Of a stretch of DNA of 64,000 nt, positions 1 to 9,721 are shown one piece after another. The translations under genes were made by a program, and so were the position numbers. Source of the DNA: Fibrobacterales bacterium (GTDB taxonomy: Bacteria > Fibrobacterota > Fibrobacteria > Fibrobacterales > JAOPTW01); NCBI GenBank assembly GCA_051532035.1, contig JAOPTW010000015.1, forward strand, positions 192,001-256,000, written 5' to 3'. The stretch's first letter is position 1. Every line of letters begins with the position of its first letter. A model generated the notes under the pieces. That model was given only the letters and a program-made list of their open reading frames with translations, was not told the origin of the DNA and did no database searches.

Positions 1-657
1 ATATTTGGTGAAATACCACAGAAACCATATCTCTACAATTGCAACAACTAATGATGTAATTGTTAAAAATAAGGCGACACTATTTTTAAGGACCCCTTTT
101 TTAGCAATATGATATCCATATAACATAAAAGGCAATGAGACAAAGTGCCTCGTATAGTCTGTATCAAAACTAATTTTTAAAATATTATATGAATCAGATC
201 CAATTACGACCCCAAAACATACAAAGGCAATCAACCAATAGACAAACCGCGGAAAAACATTATAATCAACAAATACAAGAAAAATATAGCCCAAAACCAT
301 TGAAGACAAAAACCAGAGATGCCCAAACCCTCCATGCACAAAAAAGCCATAATTAAAAATTTTAAACATACCACCATTTACACCATACATATATATGTTA
401 AAGGGCATGTACATCAAGCTCCAAATTAAAAATATTACACATAATTTGACCACTGCATGCATAGCAGTTTCAGCTACATTCCTTTTTCTCCCTATAAAGT
501 AGCCAGAAATTATAAAGAAAAAAGGAACAGCCCACCTAAATGAAAGTTTAGATACTACGGAATAACTTTCTGGCAACGCCGGAAGGCCATGGTGTATCAC
601 GATGACACCAAAAATTGCAATAATTCTAATTAAATCTATTAAGCCCTGTCTTTGCAT
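1..657 (-). CDS. Acyltransferase-3 (OafA-like) membrane O-acyltransferase, partial (3' end runs off the left edge)
   Basis: Not in the ORF track. Manual translation from ATG at 657 gives MQRQGLIDLIRIIAIFGVIVIHHG...RWAVPFFFIISGYFIG...GHLWFLSS, with the AT3 R..H and FFxxSG motifs. Confidence 0.85.
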   Translation of the reverse strand, partial: MQRQGLIDLIRIIAIFGVIVIHHGLPALPESYSVVSKLSFRWAVPFFFIISGYFIGRKRNVAETAMHAVVKLCVIFLIWSLMYMPFNIYMYGVNGGMFKIFNYGFFVHGGFGHLWFLSSMVLGYIFLVFVDYNVFPRFVYWLIAFVCFGVVIGSDSYNILKISFDTDYTRHFVSLPFMLYGYHIAKKGVLKNSVALFLTITSLVVAIVEIWFLWYFTKY

Positions 658-709
658 GTAATCCTCTGAAATTTAAATTTTAGTTCGCCTTAACTCCCCA
701 CCCACACAT

Positions 710-1699
710 TCACCCAATCCTAGAAGTCAATTTCCCTGTAAAAAAGTTATAAACACTTGGGAGAAATCTCCTTATAGTGGTCAATATCAACAATGATAAA
801 CCTAGTATAATAAACGGTGATAAAATTTGTAGAACAATATTGTCAGTATAATTGAAACCTAATTTGTTATACATAACAACTACTATTTCAATAAGGCCTA
901 ATTGGATAAGATAGATACCTAAGCCATATCGACCCCCAATTTTCCCTATTGACTTATTATTCAAAAATAACGGCTTATTCAAACCTATTTGAAAAAGACC
1001 CATTGCTATTCCATAAGTCCCAAGAAGTTTATTACCAAGATTGGTATCAAAATAAACATCCGCTACAAATGTTTCGAATCCCAATAAAAATCCCCCCCCC
1101 AATAAACAAACGATTGCAGATTTAAGTCTCCAAGGTTTACGTTGTGATGAATAATATCCAAATACAAATAGGGGTATATACGATAAATAACTTACCATAT
1201 TATATATTGGAACAACACTTATATGGTAAACATTTAGTAGTAAATGAGCCGCTATTAGCAGCAGACATATTCCAGATATTAAAAATCCCGAAAAATATTT
1301 TACAAAAACATAACATACGAGAAAACAGCTTATTAAAGAGCTCAAAAACCAAAGATGACCATAGGTACCCTCAAAAAGAAACGTATTAGAAATCACAATA
1401 CTAAATGCTTCCGCTCCCCCAAGCTGTACAATATTCAAAAGAGAATAGAGGCTCGACCAGACTACAAAAAGCCAGGCAATTCTCCCCACCGTATTGATAA
1501 CCCTTTTTTCGAAATCTCCTTTAAAGCCAAGAAAATAACCGGAAATAATAAAAAAATAAAACAACGCCCAACCAGTTAACAAAAGCATCAAATTATTCAC
1601 CCACTCAGGAAGAGAGAGAAAGCTAATATGATGTAGGACAATACAAAAGGCAGCGATAAATCTAATGGTGTCTATTGCATAATTTCTTTCTTTTTCCAT
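710..1699 (-). CDS. Acyltransferase-3 family O-acyltransferase
   Basis: DTIRFIAAFCIVLHH, YFFIISGY, GHLWFLSS, GIYLIQ; multiple hydrophobic helices. Confidence 0.85.
   Translation of the reverse strand: MEKERNYAIDTIRFIAAFCIVLHHISFLSLPEWVNNLMLLLTGWALFYFFIISGYFLGFKGDFEKRVINTVGRIAWLFVVWSSLYSLLNIVQLGGAEAFSIVISNTFLFEGTYGHLWFLSSLISCFLVCYVFVKYFSGFLISGICLLLIAAHLLLNVYHISVVPIYNMVSYLSYIPLFVFGYYSSQRKPWRLKSAIVCLLGGGFLLGFETFVADVYFDTNLGNKLLGTYGIAMGLFQIGLNKPLFLNNKSIGKIGGRYGLGIYLIQLGLIEIVVVMYNKLGFNYTDNIVLQILSPFIILGLSLLILTTIRRFLPSVYNFFTGKLTSRIG
1092..1100 (-). repeat. G9 homopolymer (C9 on + strand) inside an AT3 gene
   Basis: tccccccccc at 1091-1100; reads TTG GGG GGG GGA (LGGG) on the coding strand. Confidence 0.9.
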
Positions 1700-1716
1700 A
1701 ATAGAACCCTTTATTA

Positions 1717-2865
1717 TTATCGCTTACGACGTACAATTTTTTCAATTGTTCTAGAAAAAGTAACTGCTGGTAAATCTAAAAACTTATACACTACGTATCC
1801 CAGCACAATAGAGACACACATAGAGGTCAATGATGCAATAATTGCCGCTAAGAAATGACTTATATAAGTATTCAACAACAAATACACTCCACATGCAACC
1901 GAAGCATTTACTGGCCAATGCATAATATACAGCCCGAAAGATATTCGCCCAAAAAACCTAAAGGGGGCTAATGCAAACAATCTACTCAACCAATTATTAT
2001 AAATAAGTAATAATAGAATAAATGAAATAGACAAAATATATAGACCAACATGATGCGTTTTTACAATAATAAAAAAGAGCATTACAGAAAGAATTATTGA
2101 TCCAAGTCGAGAATTCAAAAATGAAAATTTCCCAAAAGCTTCTACTATAACCGCATCTTTAAAAACATACAGTTCACAGAGTGCTGCCCCCATAACAAAC
2201 GCAGTAACCCACTCAACATTCCAAATTAATCCAACAACAAAAGACAATAGATACCCTAATAAACGCAACTTAATTTGTGTTGCAGCATAAAGAAAAAGAA
2301 ACAACACAATAGAGCCATACATCTCAATTTCTATCGTCCACAATACTGAATTGTAAGAGTCTTTAAAAGAATAGGTAAAAAATGAATCCCAGACACCTGA
2401 CTTAATGGCAAGAAGAAAATCAGGTGTTACTGTATAAAACGCACGAAGCCACTCACTCTGTAACAAATTTCCTACGCTTTGGATATACATAAAATCTAAT
2501 TTCAATAATAGCCATGCAAACATTACAGAACCAAGTACCGGCAATAACAATCTCGGGTAACGACGTACAAAGGCACTCTTAATATAATTCCTTGCTTGAC
2601 TTTCATCCTTAATTAGAAGGAATTTAAAATATTTCAGACTTAATACAAATCCTGACAATGTCCAAAACAGATACACAGCATATTCACCATGAGTGAAGAA
2701 TGTAACCAAATAATGTGTAAACAATACCAATAATTTAGGGAACTCGCTCATGGTATTTTCAATGGTTGTATGGACCTGACCATAAAATGTCGCTTGGAGA
2801 TGATATATCAGCACCGTAAAGGCCGCAAAACCCCGAACCCCTTCTAATGACTCAATTTTTCTCAT
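1717..2865 (-). CDS. Acyltransferase-3 family O-acyltransferase
   Basis: SLEGVRGFAAFTVLIYH, FWTLSGFVL, RRYPRL, LWTIEIE, GRISFGLYIMHWP. Confidence 0.9.
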   Translation of the reverse strand: MRKIESLEGVRGFAAFTVLIYHLQATFYGQVHTTIENTMSEFPKLLVLFTHYLVTFFTHGEYAVYLFWTLSGFVLSLKYFKFLLIKDESQARNYIKSAFVRRYPRLLLPVLGSVMFAWLLLKLDFMYIQSVGNLLQSEWLRAFYTVTPDFLLAIKSGVWDSFFTYSFKDSYNSVLWTIEIEMYGSIVLFLFLYAATQIKLRLLGYLLSFVVGLIWNVEWVTAFVMGAALCELYVFKDAVIVEAFGKFSFLNSRLGSIILSVMLFFIIVKTHHVGLYILSISFILLLLIYNNWLSRLFALAPFRFFGRISFGLYIMHWPVNASVACGVYLLLNTYISHFLAAIIASLTSMCVSIVLGYVVYKFLDLPAVTFSRTIEKIVRRKR

Positions 2866-2868
2866 CTT

Positions 2869-3831
2869 CTAATTCCTAGCAGTCAAAATTGATCGTAAAT
2901 CACTCAGCAACTGTTTCATTCGAATATCTATTCCTTTTTTATTAAGATGATATTGACTATCAAAATGGTAGTACCTCTCAAATGAGTAATCAATAGATTT
3001 CCCAACAACAGAAAACCCTTCCTCCCATAAAAGAGACTCAATTCTATCTATCTTAGTTCTTTCATTTTCATAAGAATTCTTATTGTATGCAGGAAACCCG
3101 ATGAGTAACTGGCCATTCATTTGCTTAAGTTTTCTCTCTACCTCATGTAGATATTCTATAGCTGAAAAATTAATATCACCATTAATAATTACATGACTAA
3201 AAGGAAACTCTTTTTCAATATCCCAGTGATATGACATATCTCCAAAAGCGTTATATGCACTTATATTAAATGCTTTTCTCCGTTCAAGCTCATCTTTGGA
3301 AAGCCCTACATCCCCACCACTCACAACTTTTTTGATCGTCTCCATTAAACGAATCCGAAAGAATTTAGGGATTAACGCCCCCAATGTGAGAACCTGATTA
3401 CTATTCAAAAATTTTAGTGAGTAAGGATAATTTTCTAAAGAATACATCAACGGAAGTTCTCCCCAGAAGAAATCTCCAAAATAATTTTCATATTCAGCCA
3501 GAACAAGAACAACATCACCACTATCGAGAACTTCTGAAACGTTGTCGAGCATATACTTTAAGCCAAAACCTGCCATAGTACCTGCATTTACAACATTGTA
3601 GGGAAGAGAGTCATGTAATACTTCAGAGTTTAGTCCTAAGCCTGTATTCGACCCCCCAACAATAATTAGGCGAGGCTTCTTACACCCATTTATTATTTCA
3701 ACTTTTGTTTCTATTTGTTCTTTACTCTCAGATGGTTGCTTTAAAGAAAATGTTATACCCAACATGAAACACAGTATAAATATTAGGCTACAAGAAAAGA
3801 AAATGGTTCGTTTTATAAATTGTATTATCAT
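2869..3831 (-). CDS. Membrane-anchored SGNH-like protein, probable extracytoplasmic partner of the adjacent MBOAT
   Basis: N-terminal TM helix, IIVGGSN block-I-like motif, C-terminal FDSQYHLN; lies directly downstream of the MBOAT gene. Confidence 0.55.
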   Translation of the reverse strand: MIIQFIKRTIFFSCSLIFILCFMLGITFSLKQPSESKEQIETKVEIINGCKKPRLIIVGGSNTGLGLNSEVLHDSLPYNVVNAGTMAGFGLKYMLDNVSEVLDSGDVVLVLAEYENYFGDFFWGELPLMYSLENYPYSLKFLNSNQVLTLGALIPKFFRIRLMETIKKVVSGGDVGLSKDELERRKAFNISAYNAFGDMSYHWDIEKEFPFSHVIINGDINFSAIEYLHEVERKLKQMNGQLLIGFPAYNKNSYENERTKIDRIESLLWEEGFSVVGKSIDYSFERYYHFDSQYHLNKKGIDIRMKQLLSDLRSILTARN

Positions 3832-3839
3832 ATTATTAT

Positions 3840-5279
3840 TTAAAATTGAAAATAGATGAATGCTTGTGGACTACCACCATAACTCATAACGAGAAGAATC
3901 AAAAGGTTATATAAACTCCAGCGAATTAAAATAGGGACCTTAATGCCATTAAAATCAAGTCCATGTTGCCTTTTTCTTTGCAACCATTCAATGAGAATCA
4001 AAAGTCCAACCAAACCATAAACACTTCCCTTGACCTGTACTTCTGGCCCACTAAAAAAAGAATAATCAAAAATTCTGAATACATATTGAATTGCATGATC
4101 AAGACTATCAGCTCTAAAGAATATCCATCCTAAACAGACCAATGTAAAAGTAGAGACCATTTGAAATAGCTCTTTCACACTTGGAAGAATACTTGTTTCT
4201 GCAACACAATTGGTATTGACCCGATTTTTACCTATGAGTAAAATAGGCATAAAGAATAGAGCATGTAACACCCCCCATATTATAAAAGTCCAGTTAGCAC
4301 CATGCCAGAATCCAGAAACACTAAAAATTATTAATGTATTAATAACCTGTTTCTTTTTGCCTCCACGGCTCCCCCCAAGAGGGATATAGAGGTAATCTCG
4401 AAACCAGGTACTTAAAGATATGTGCCATCGTCTCCAAAACTCAGCAATATCTCTTGAAAAATACGGAAAAGCAAAGTTTCTCATTAAATCAAATCCAAAC
4501 AATCGAGATGTTCCAATAGCTACATCAGAATATCCCGAAAAATCGCCATATATTTGAAATGCAAACAATACCACACCTAAAACTAAAGTAGATGCAGAAT
4601 AGTTTTCTGAATTTTCAAATATCATATTTGCATATTGAGCACAGTTATCTGCGATAGCAATTTTTTTAAAAAGACCCCATAAAATTTGTCTAAGCCCGTC
4701 TCTTGCTTTAGAGTACTCAAATTTCCTCGAGTTATAAAATTGGGGTAATAGGTTTGTCGCTCTCTCAATGGGCCCAGCAACAAGTTGTGGGAAAAACGAT
4801 ACATACGCAAAAAATGATACAACATCTTTCGAAGGTTCTAGCTTTCTTTTATATACATCAATAGAGTAACTTAATGTCTGAAAGGTATAGAAACTAATTC
4901 CAACCGGGAGAACAATACTTAACGTGTGCCCTTGTATTGGCATACCAAATACAGTAAAAGCATCTATAAAACTATCAATGAAAAAATTATAGTATTTGAA
5001 TACACCTAAAAAACCAAGATTCACTCCAAGACTAGTATACAATAACATTCTTCGTGTTCTTTCAGCATCCGTCTCTGCGAGTTTTTTACCCACTATAAAA
5101 TCTACAAGAGAACTAAAAGCAATTAGAAATAGAAATCGCCAATCCCACCAACCATAAAAAACATAGCTTGCTACTATCAGAAGACAATTCTGGAGGACAA
5201 CTCTTTTTGCACCAATCAACCAATACAAACAAAATACTAGAGGCAAAAAAAGTGCAAATTCAAATGAATTAAATATCAT
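3840..5279 (-). CDS. MBOAT family O-acyltransferase (AlgI/PatA/DltB-like)
   Basis: LPVGISFYTFQ, FFPQLVAGPIER, QIYGDFSGYSD, FWRRWHISLSTWFRDYLYIPLGG, SGFWHGANWTF, C-terminal FIYFQF. Confidence 0.95.
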   Translation of the reverse strand: MIFNSFEFALFLPLVFCLYWLIGAKRVVLQNCLLIVASYVFYGWWDWRFLFLIAFSSLVDFIVGKKLAETDAERTRRMLLYTSLGVNLGFLGVFKYYNFFIDSFIDAFTVFGMPIQGHTLSIVLPVGISFYTFQTLSYSIDVYKRKLEPSKDVVSFFAYVSFFPQLVAGPIERATNLLPQFYNSRKFEYSKARDGLRQILWGLFKKIAIADNCAQYANMIFENSENYSASTLVLGVVLFAFQIYGDFSGYSDVAIGTSRLFGFDLMRNFAFPYFSRDIAEFWRRWHISLSTWFRDYLYIPLGGSRGGKKKQVINTLIIFSVSGFWHGANWTFIIWGVLHALFFMPILLIGKNRVNTNCVAETSILPSVKELFQMVSTFTLVCLGWIFFRADSLDHAIQYVFRIFDYSFFSGPEVQVKGSVYGLVGLLILIEWLQRKRQHGLDFNGIKVPILIRWSLYNLLILLVMSYGGSPQAFIYFQF

Positions 5280-5425
5280 ACTTCTCTAAACAAACCTTAT
5301 GTGCATTATAAGGGCCAAATATAGCTCAATTTCATCTATTTTTCTGTAAAGTATTCTATACATACAATTCAACTGTGACACAAAAAGTGCTATCTTTACA
5401 AAATAATTTTGTTAGAGGGCGTTTA

Positions 5426-6469
5426 ATGAATCTCATGTTATTTAGTACCCATAGAAAAGAATTGATGGGTATTAGCATCATATTGATCTGCCTCTATCAT
5501 GCAACAATTTTTTTCTCCGAAAACACTCTATTCCTTCCAATCCAAATAGTAAAAAACCTTGGTTTTGTAGGAGTTGACATTTTTTTATTACTTTCAGGTC
5601 TCGGCCTTGTATACTCACGAGAAACAAACCTACAGCCTCTTCGAACATTTTATCTTAAAAGATTTATACGCATTATTCCGGCCTACTGGATAATTATAAC
5701 ACTTTCACTCTTTTCACTTGGAATTTGGACAGACCACATTACTGTTCATTGGTTGTTCTTTCGTTACTCTACAATCGGCTTTTGGTTTGACATTACAAGC
5801 TACGGCTGGTATATACCCGCCACTTTTCTTTTTTACTTAGTATTTCCCCTACTAAATACTGGATTTAAATCATTTGGATTGAAATTTATAATTATCGGTA
5901 CACTATCAGCTCTTTTTTGCTGCTACTTAGCTTTTCAACTAGACATGTTCTATCTAGTCATAGTCTTGTCTCGTATTCCCCCTTTTCTATTTGGCATATA
6001 TGTTGGACATCGACTTCTCAACAAACAAACCAATTTACTTAACAGACCTATTTCATACAGCGTATCTATAGCCTCATTTGGCTTGGTAATTTTTCTTGTA
6101 CAATACAAAGGATATAACTGGACATATGATAGTGGCTTTATGTGGTATCCACTTGCATTGACAATAGTCCCCATTGCTCTATCTTTAAGTGACATTATCT
6201 CAAGGGTACTATCATTATCAGGGTTAATTTATTTAAAGAGAATAGTTCAATTCTGTGGAAACTATAGTTTAGAGATTTTCTTGGTTCATGGACTCATCTA
6301 TGCATTGGGAGAGAAGTATAAACTATTTGAAGCAAATCATATTTTGGCTGATCTTAATTACATAAATTTACCAGAATATTTAACCTACTTTATAATTACA
6401 CTATTCCTCTCTTACTTTTTAAGTAAAACATGTTTACCTCTGCAACAATTCATCATCAAGCCCCGTTAA
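5426..6469 (+). CDS. Acyltransferase-3 family O-acyltransferase
   Basis: RKELMGISIILICLYH, GVDIFLLLSGLGL, FYLKRFIRIIPAY, GNYSLEIFLVH. Start moved from 5375 to ATG 5426, which follows GAGGG. Confidence 0.85.
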   Translation: MNLMLFSTHRKELMGISIILICLYHATIFFSENTLFLPIQIVKNLGFVGVDIFLLLSGLGLVYSRETNLQPLRTFYLKRFIRIIPAYWIIITLSLFSLGIWTDHITVHWLFFRYSTIGFWFDITSYGWYIPATFLFYLVFPLLNTGFKSFGLKFIIIGTLSALFCCYLAFQLDMFYLVIVLSRIPPFLFGIYVGHRLLNKQTNLLNRPISYSVSIASFGLVIFLVQYKGYNWTYDSGFMWYPLALTIVPIALSLSDIISRVLSLSGLIYLKRIVQFCGNYSLEIFLVHGLIYALGEKYKLFEANHILADLNYINLPEYLTYFIITLFLSYFLSKTCLPLQQFIIKPR

Positions 6470-6486
6470 AATACTAGGAAATAAAT

Positions 6487-7503
6487 TTGTATAATTCTTT
6501 ACAGGTTCTGAGAGGAATAGCCGCTTGGATGGTTGTTTTTACTCATCTAGTCCAAAGCTATTATATGGGTGATGCACCCAACATCATTTGGCAACTTTTG
6601 TCTAAAGTCGGCACTATGGGAGTTGATATCTTTTTTGTTTTAAGTGGATTTGTTATAGCCCTTTCCTCTCAACGCTACATAGGAAAAGGAATTTCTTTTG
6701 GACTACACAGATTTATAAGGGTACTCCCCAATTACTGGTTTTATACAATTTTATTATTTGGAAGTTTACTAATCCTCCCAGATGCTACCTACTTGACTCA
6801 ATGGAATCCCAGTTCCTTGGCTCAGTCTTTTGCCCTTATTCCAAATGCTAACCCTAGTGGACACGGCCTTTTCCCAACACTCTATGTCGGCTGGACATTA
6901 ACATTTGAAATGTTTTTCTATCTCGTAACTGCTTTTATACTCATTTTTAATAATTCAAAACCAGTCGGCTGGACTTCAATTTCTCTTGGAGTATTATTAT
7001 TACTTTTTAATGATTCTCTCTTTCTAGGAAATGACCTAATGATGCTTATTGAGTTTATAAGTGGTATGTTACTTTTTAAAGTACACACATACCCCCCATC
7101 GAATTATAAAAAAAATGCATGTATTTTACTCTTGCTCGCCTCTACAATAATTACAACCTATGTTCTAATAGGGCTAAATGGCATATTCATAAGATGCTTA
7201 ATTGGTGTATTTATCCTTTACACTTTTTTAAGTATGAATTTTATTTTTGAAAAACCAACGAAGCTCAATACATTTCTTATAAAGCTAGGAAGCCTATCTT
7301 ACTCAACATATTTAAGCCATACGATTGTTATTGGGTGGTTTTATTTTGTTTTTAGAGGAGGTTCACACACCTACAATGATACTATTGCCATTATAGGTGT
7401 TGTTATAGTAACGTATCTCCTTTCTTCATTTAGCTATAGCTATGTTGAAACTGGAAGCCTTACAAAATACCTAAAAGTAAAAATAAACAACTACTTTAAG
7501 TAA
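6487..7503 (+). CDS. Acyltransferase-3 family protein (ExoZ-like)
   Basis: LQVLRGIAAWMVVFTH, GVDIFFVLSGFV, RFIRVLPNYW, GWTLTFEMFFY, LGSLSYSTYLSH; TTG start after AGGA. Confidence 0.9.
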   Translation: MYNSLQVLRGIAAWMVVFTHLVQSYYMGDAPNIIWQLLSKVGTMGVDIFFVLSGFVIALSSQRYIGKGISFGLHRFIRVLPNYWFYTILLFGSLLILPDATYLTQWNPSSLAQSFALIPNANPSGHGLFPTLYVGWTLTFEMFFYLVTAFILIFNNSKPVGWTSISLGVLLLLFNDSLFLGNDLMMLIEFISGMLLFKVHTYPPSNYKKNACILLLLASTIITTYVLIGLNGIFIRCLIGVFILYTFLSMNFIFEKPTKLNTFLIKLGSLSYSTYLSHTIVIGWFYFVFRGGSHTYNDTIAIIGVVIVTYLLSSFSYSYVETGSLTKYLKVKINNYFK

Positions 7504-8580
7504 TTAGCCTCTACCCGTAATTACCGATGTAAATCGTGGTAACAACCTATTCAGAACTTTATAAGAAACCAAACATATACCCACTACAATTGAAGGGCAC
7601 AGAAAATACAATAGTAATACAAAAATATCACTTTCAGGATTGAATATTTTATATGCGATTTTGATACTCCCAAGTATTAAAATCGCATGTACAGCAAAAA
7701 CCCAAAAAGTCGCCTCACTGCACCTCTGTATAATCTTTATTGACCGCGGCACAACTCTACCGACTATTTCTATTCCAGGAAACACAGCAAATACCCCAAC
7801 AAAAATCCCAATCTTATGAATTATTTCATTGTATTCTAAATGTTTTGTTGAAACATCAATAACACTGATAATCCCATAAATTAATACTATTAATTTGCCA
7901 AAAGCGTCTAGTCTAATGAGGTTTAGCCTCTTCATTCCTACTTGTCCACCTAAACAGAAAAAAAGCAATCCAACTGATGTTAGACCTGGGAAATTAACTA
8001 AGCGATATTCAAAAATCCACATGACACCAAGTGCTATTATAAACAGCCAGCTGCCCTTCTTTAATACAAATGACAATACTGGATAGACCAAAACAATGGT
8101 AATAAGATCCTGAATGAACCAAAATTGATAGGCTATAGGGCACTTTTCTAACCCCAATATCGAATCAATAATTTGATAGGATCCATAATTGACTATACCA
8201 GAGTTACCACCACCTATCATGGTGGCCGTAGAAGGAATTGAGGCAACTACAAAATAAATTATAAAATAAAGGACATTCCAAAACAGATACGGAATAACTA
8301 AGCTTTTAAATCGCTTCTGATAGACAGTTTTTATATCTGCAGGTGACCAGCTATACCTCCCCAACAACAATATTCCAGAAATAAAATAGAACAATGGGAC
8401 GCTCACTCGAGCTAATACCTGAGAAAAATAATCTCTCACAAAAGTGGAGGCATGTAGATTATCTCCAGAAAATTCAACTCCAGTAATAGTGTTTCCTGAT
8501 CCATATGAATGAATCAAAACGACCCCAATAATCAAAGGGAATCTTAAAAGTGATATACGTTCAGAAAGTTTTTCATCCAT
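7504..8580 (-). CDS. Acyltransferase-3 family O-acyltransferase
   Basis: LLRFPLIIGVVLIH, VPLFYFISG, KRFKSLVIPYLFWN, YQFWFIQDL, FWVFAVH. Confidence 0.88.
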   Translation of the reverse strand: MDEKLSERISLLRFPLIIGVVLIHSYGSGNTITGVEFSGDNLHASTFVRDYFSQVLARVSVPLFYFISGILLLGRYSWSPADIKTVYQKRFKSLVIPYLFWNVLYFIIYFVVASIPSTATMIGGGNSGIVNYGSYQIIDSILGLEKCPIAYQFWFIQDLITIVLVYPVLSFVLKKGSWLFIIALGVMWIFEYRLVNFPGLTSVGLLFFCLGGQVGMKRLNLIRLDAFGKLIVLIYGIISVIDVSTKHLEYNEIIHKIGIFVGVFAVFPGIEIVGRVVPRSIKIIQRCSEATFWVFAVHAILILGSIKIAYKIFNPESDIFVLLLYFLCPSIVVGICLVSYKVLNRLLPRFTSVITGRG

Positions 8581-8581
8581 A

Positions 8582-9721
8582 CTATTTATATATTTCTTCT
8601 AATTCTTTCCAAATTAACTGAGGTTGAAAATTCTCAAGAACCCAATCTCTCCCAGCATCTCCAAATCGTTTACATTTCTTTGCATCAGTATACAGTTCTT
8701 CCATTGCTAGGTATAATTGGCTTATATTACCAACATCTACAATAAGGCCTGTAACACCATCCTCTATCGAGTCTTTAGCCCCTGTAGCATTTGTTGTAAC
8801 TACAGGAATATTGCAGGTCGCGGCCTCCAAGGGAGTGTAAGGTAGTCCTTCGCGGTATGAAGGTAGAACATAAACGTTCATAATGGAATAAAATGGCATT
8901 ACTTCAGAGACAAATCCAGTAAATATTACAGAATTATCACTCTCCATCTTTTCTTTTACATTTAAAGGTAGAGGGTCTCCATCTTCAAACCTCCCCACTA
9001 AAAGAAGTTTTACATTTGAATATTTTTCGTTAAGCATTTTAAAAGCAGAGAAAAGTTCTTGAATACCTTTGTCCCTAACAAACCTACCAACAAACCCAAT
9101 TACAAAATCATCATCAGACAGTCCATATTGAGTTTGTAATAATACCCTGTTTTCAATTGTTAGTTTCTCTACATTGATTGCCTCAGCATCAAAGCCATTG
9201 CAACTCCCTTTATTAATCACAACCATTTTATCGGGAGAAACCTGTATATCATCTATATAGCATACTTTTACACTCTCACTTACCGTCATTATATTAGTCG
9301 CACAACCCGAAGCTATTTTTTCACAAGCGATCAGTATTGTTCTTTTTAATCCAGTTGTTGTCTGATAGCGCAAACCATGAAGCGTATAGACGCGCGTTGG
9401 TATTCTCAATAGCCATGAGGCTATAATAAAAAGAAGTGAGGCCTTGGGTGTCCCTGCATTCACCACACTCGGACGGTCTTTAATCAACAGCCACAACACA
9501 CGCATAAAGGACACTACATCTTTTTTAAGTGATATTTCACGTTCCATAGATAGTTGAGTAACGCGGCACCCTTCTCGCTCAATCACTTCTGCTAATTCGT
9601 CACCAGGTGAAGTTACCAAGTGGACATCATACCCTTTTTCAATAAACCACTTGAGCTGGCCTTTCAAAAAGGCTTTTGCAGTTAAAGGTATGGTAACCGC
9701 ATAAAGAAGCTTCTTCTTCAC
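8582..9721 (-). CDS. GT4 glycosyltransferase (CapM-like)
   Basis: FVGRFVRDKG and LPSYREGLPYTPLEA (EX7E). Confidence 0.92.
   Translation of the reverse strand: MKKKLLYAVTIPLTAKAFLKGQLKWFIEKGYDVHLVTSPGDELAEVIEREGCRVTQLSMEREISLKKDVVSFMRVLWLLIKDRPSVVNAGTPKASLLFIIASWLLRIPTRVYTLHGLRYQTTTGLKRTILIACEKIASGCATNIMTVSESVKVCYIDDIQVSPDKMVVINKGSCNGFDAEAINVEKLTIENRVLLQTQYGLSDDDFVIGFVGRFVRDKGIQELFSAFKMLNEKYSNVKLLLVGRFEDGDPLPLNVKEKMESDNSVIFTGFVSEVMPFYSIMNVYVLPSYREGLPYTPLEAATCNIPVVTTNATGAKDSIEDGVTGLIVDVGNISQLYLAMEELYTDAKKCKRFGDAGRDWVLENFQPQLIWKELEEIYK

Noticed and set aside
5280..7510. Site-specific invertible segment
   Set aside because: I found no flanking inverted repeats by eye and no recombinase gene in the window.
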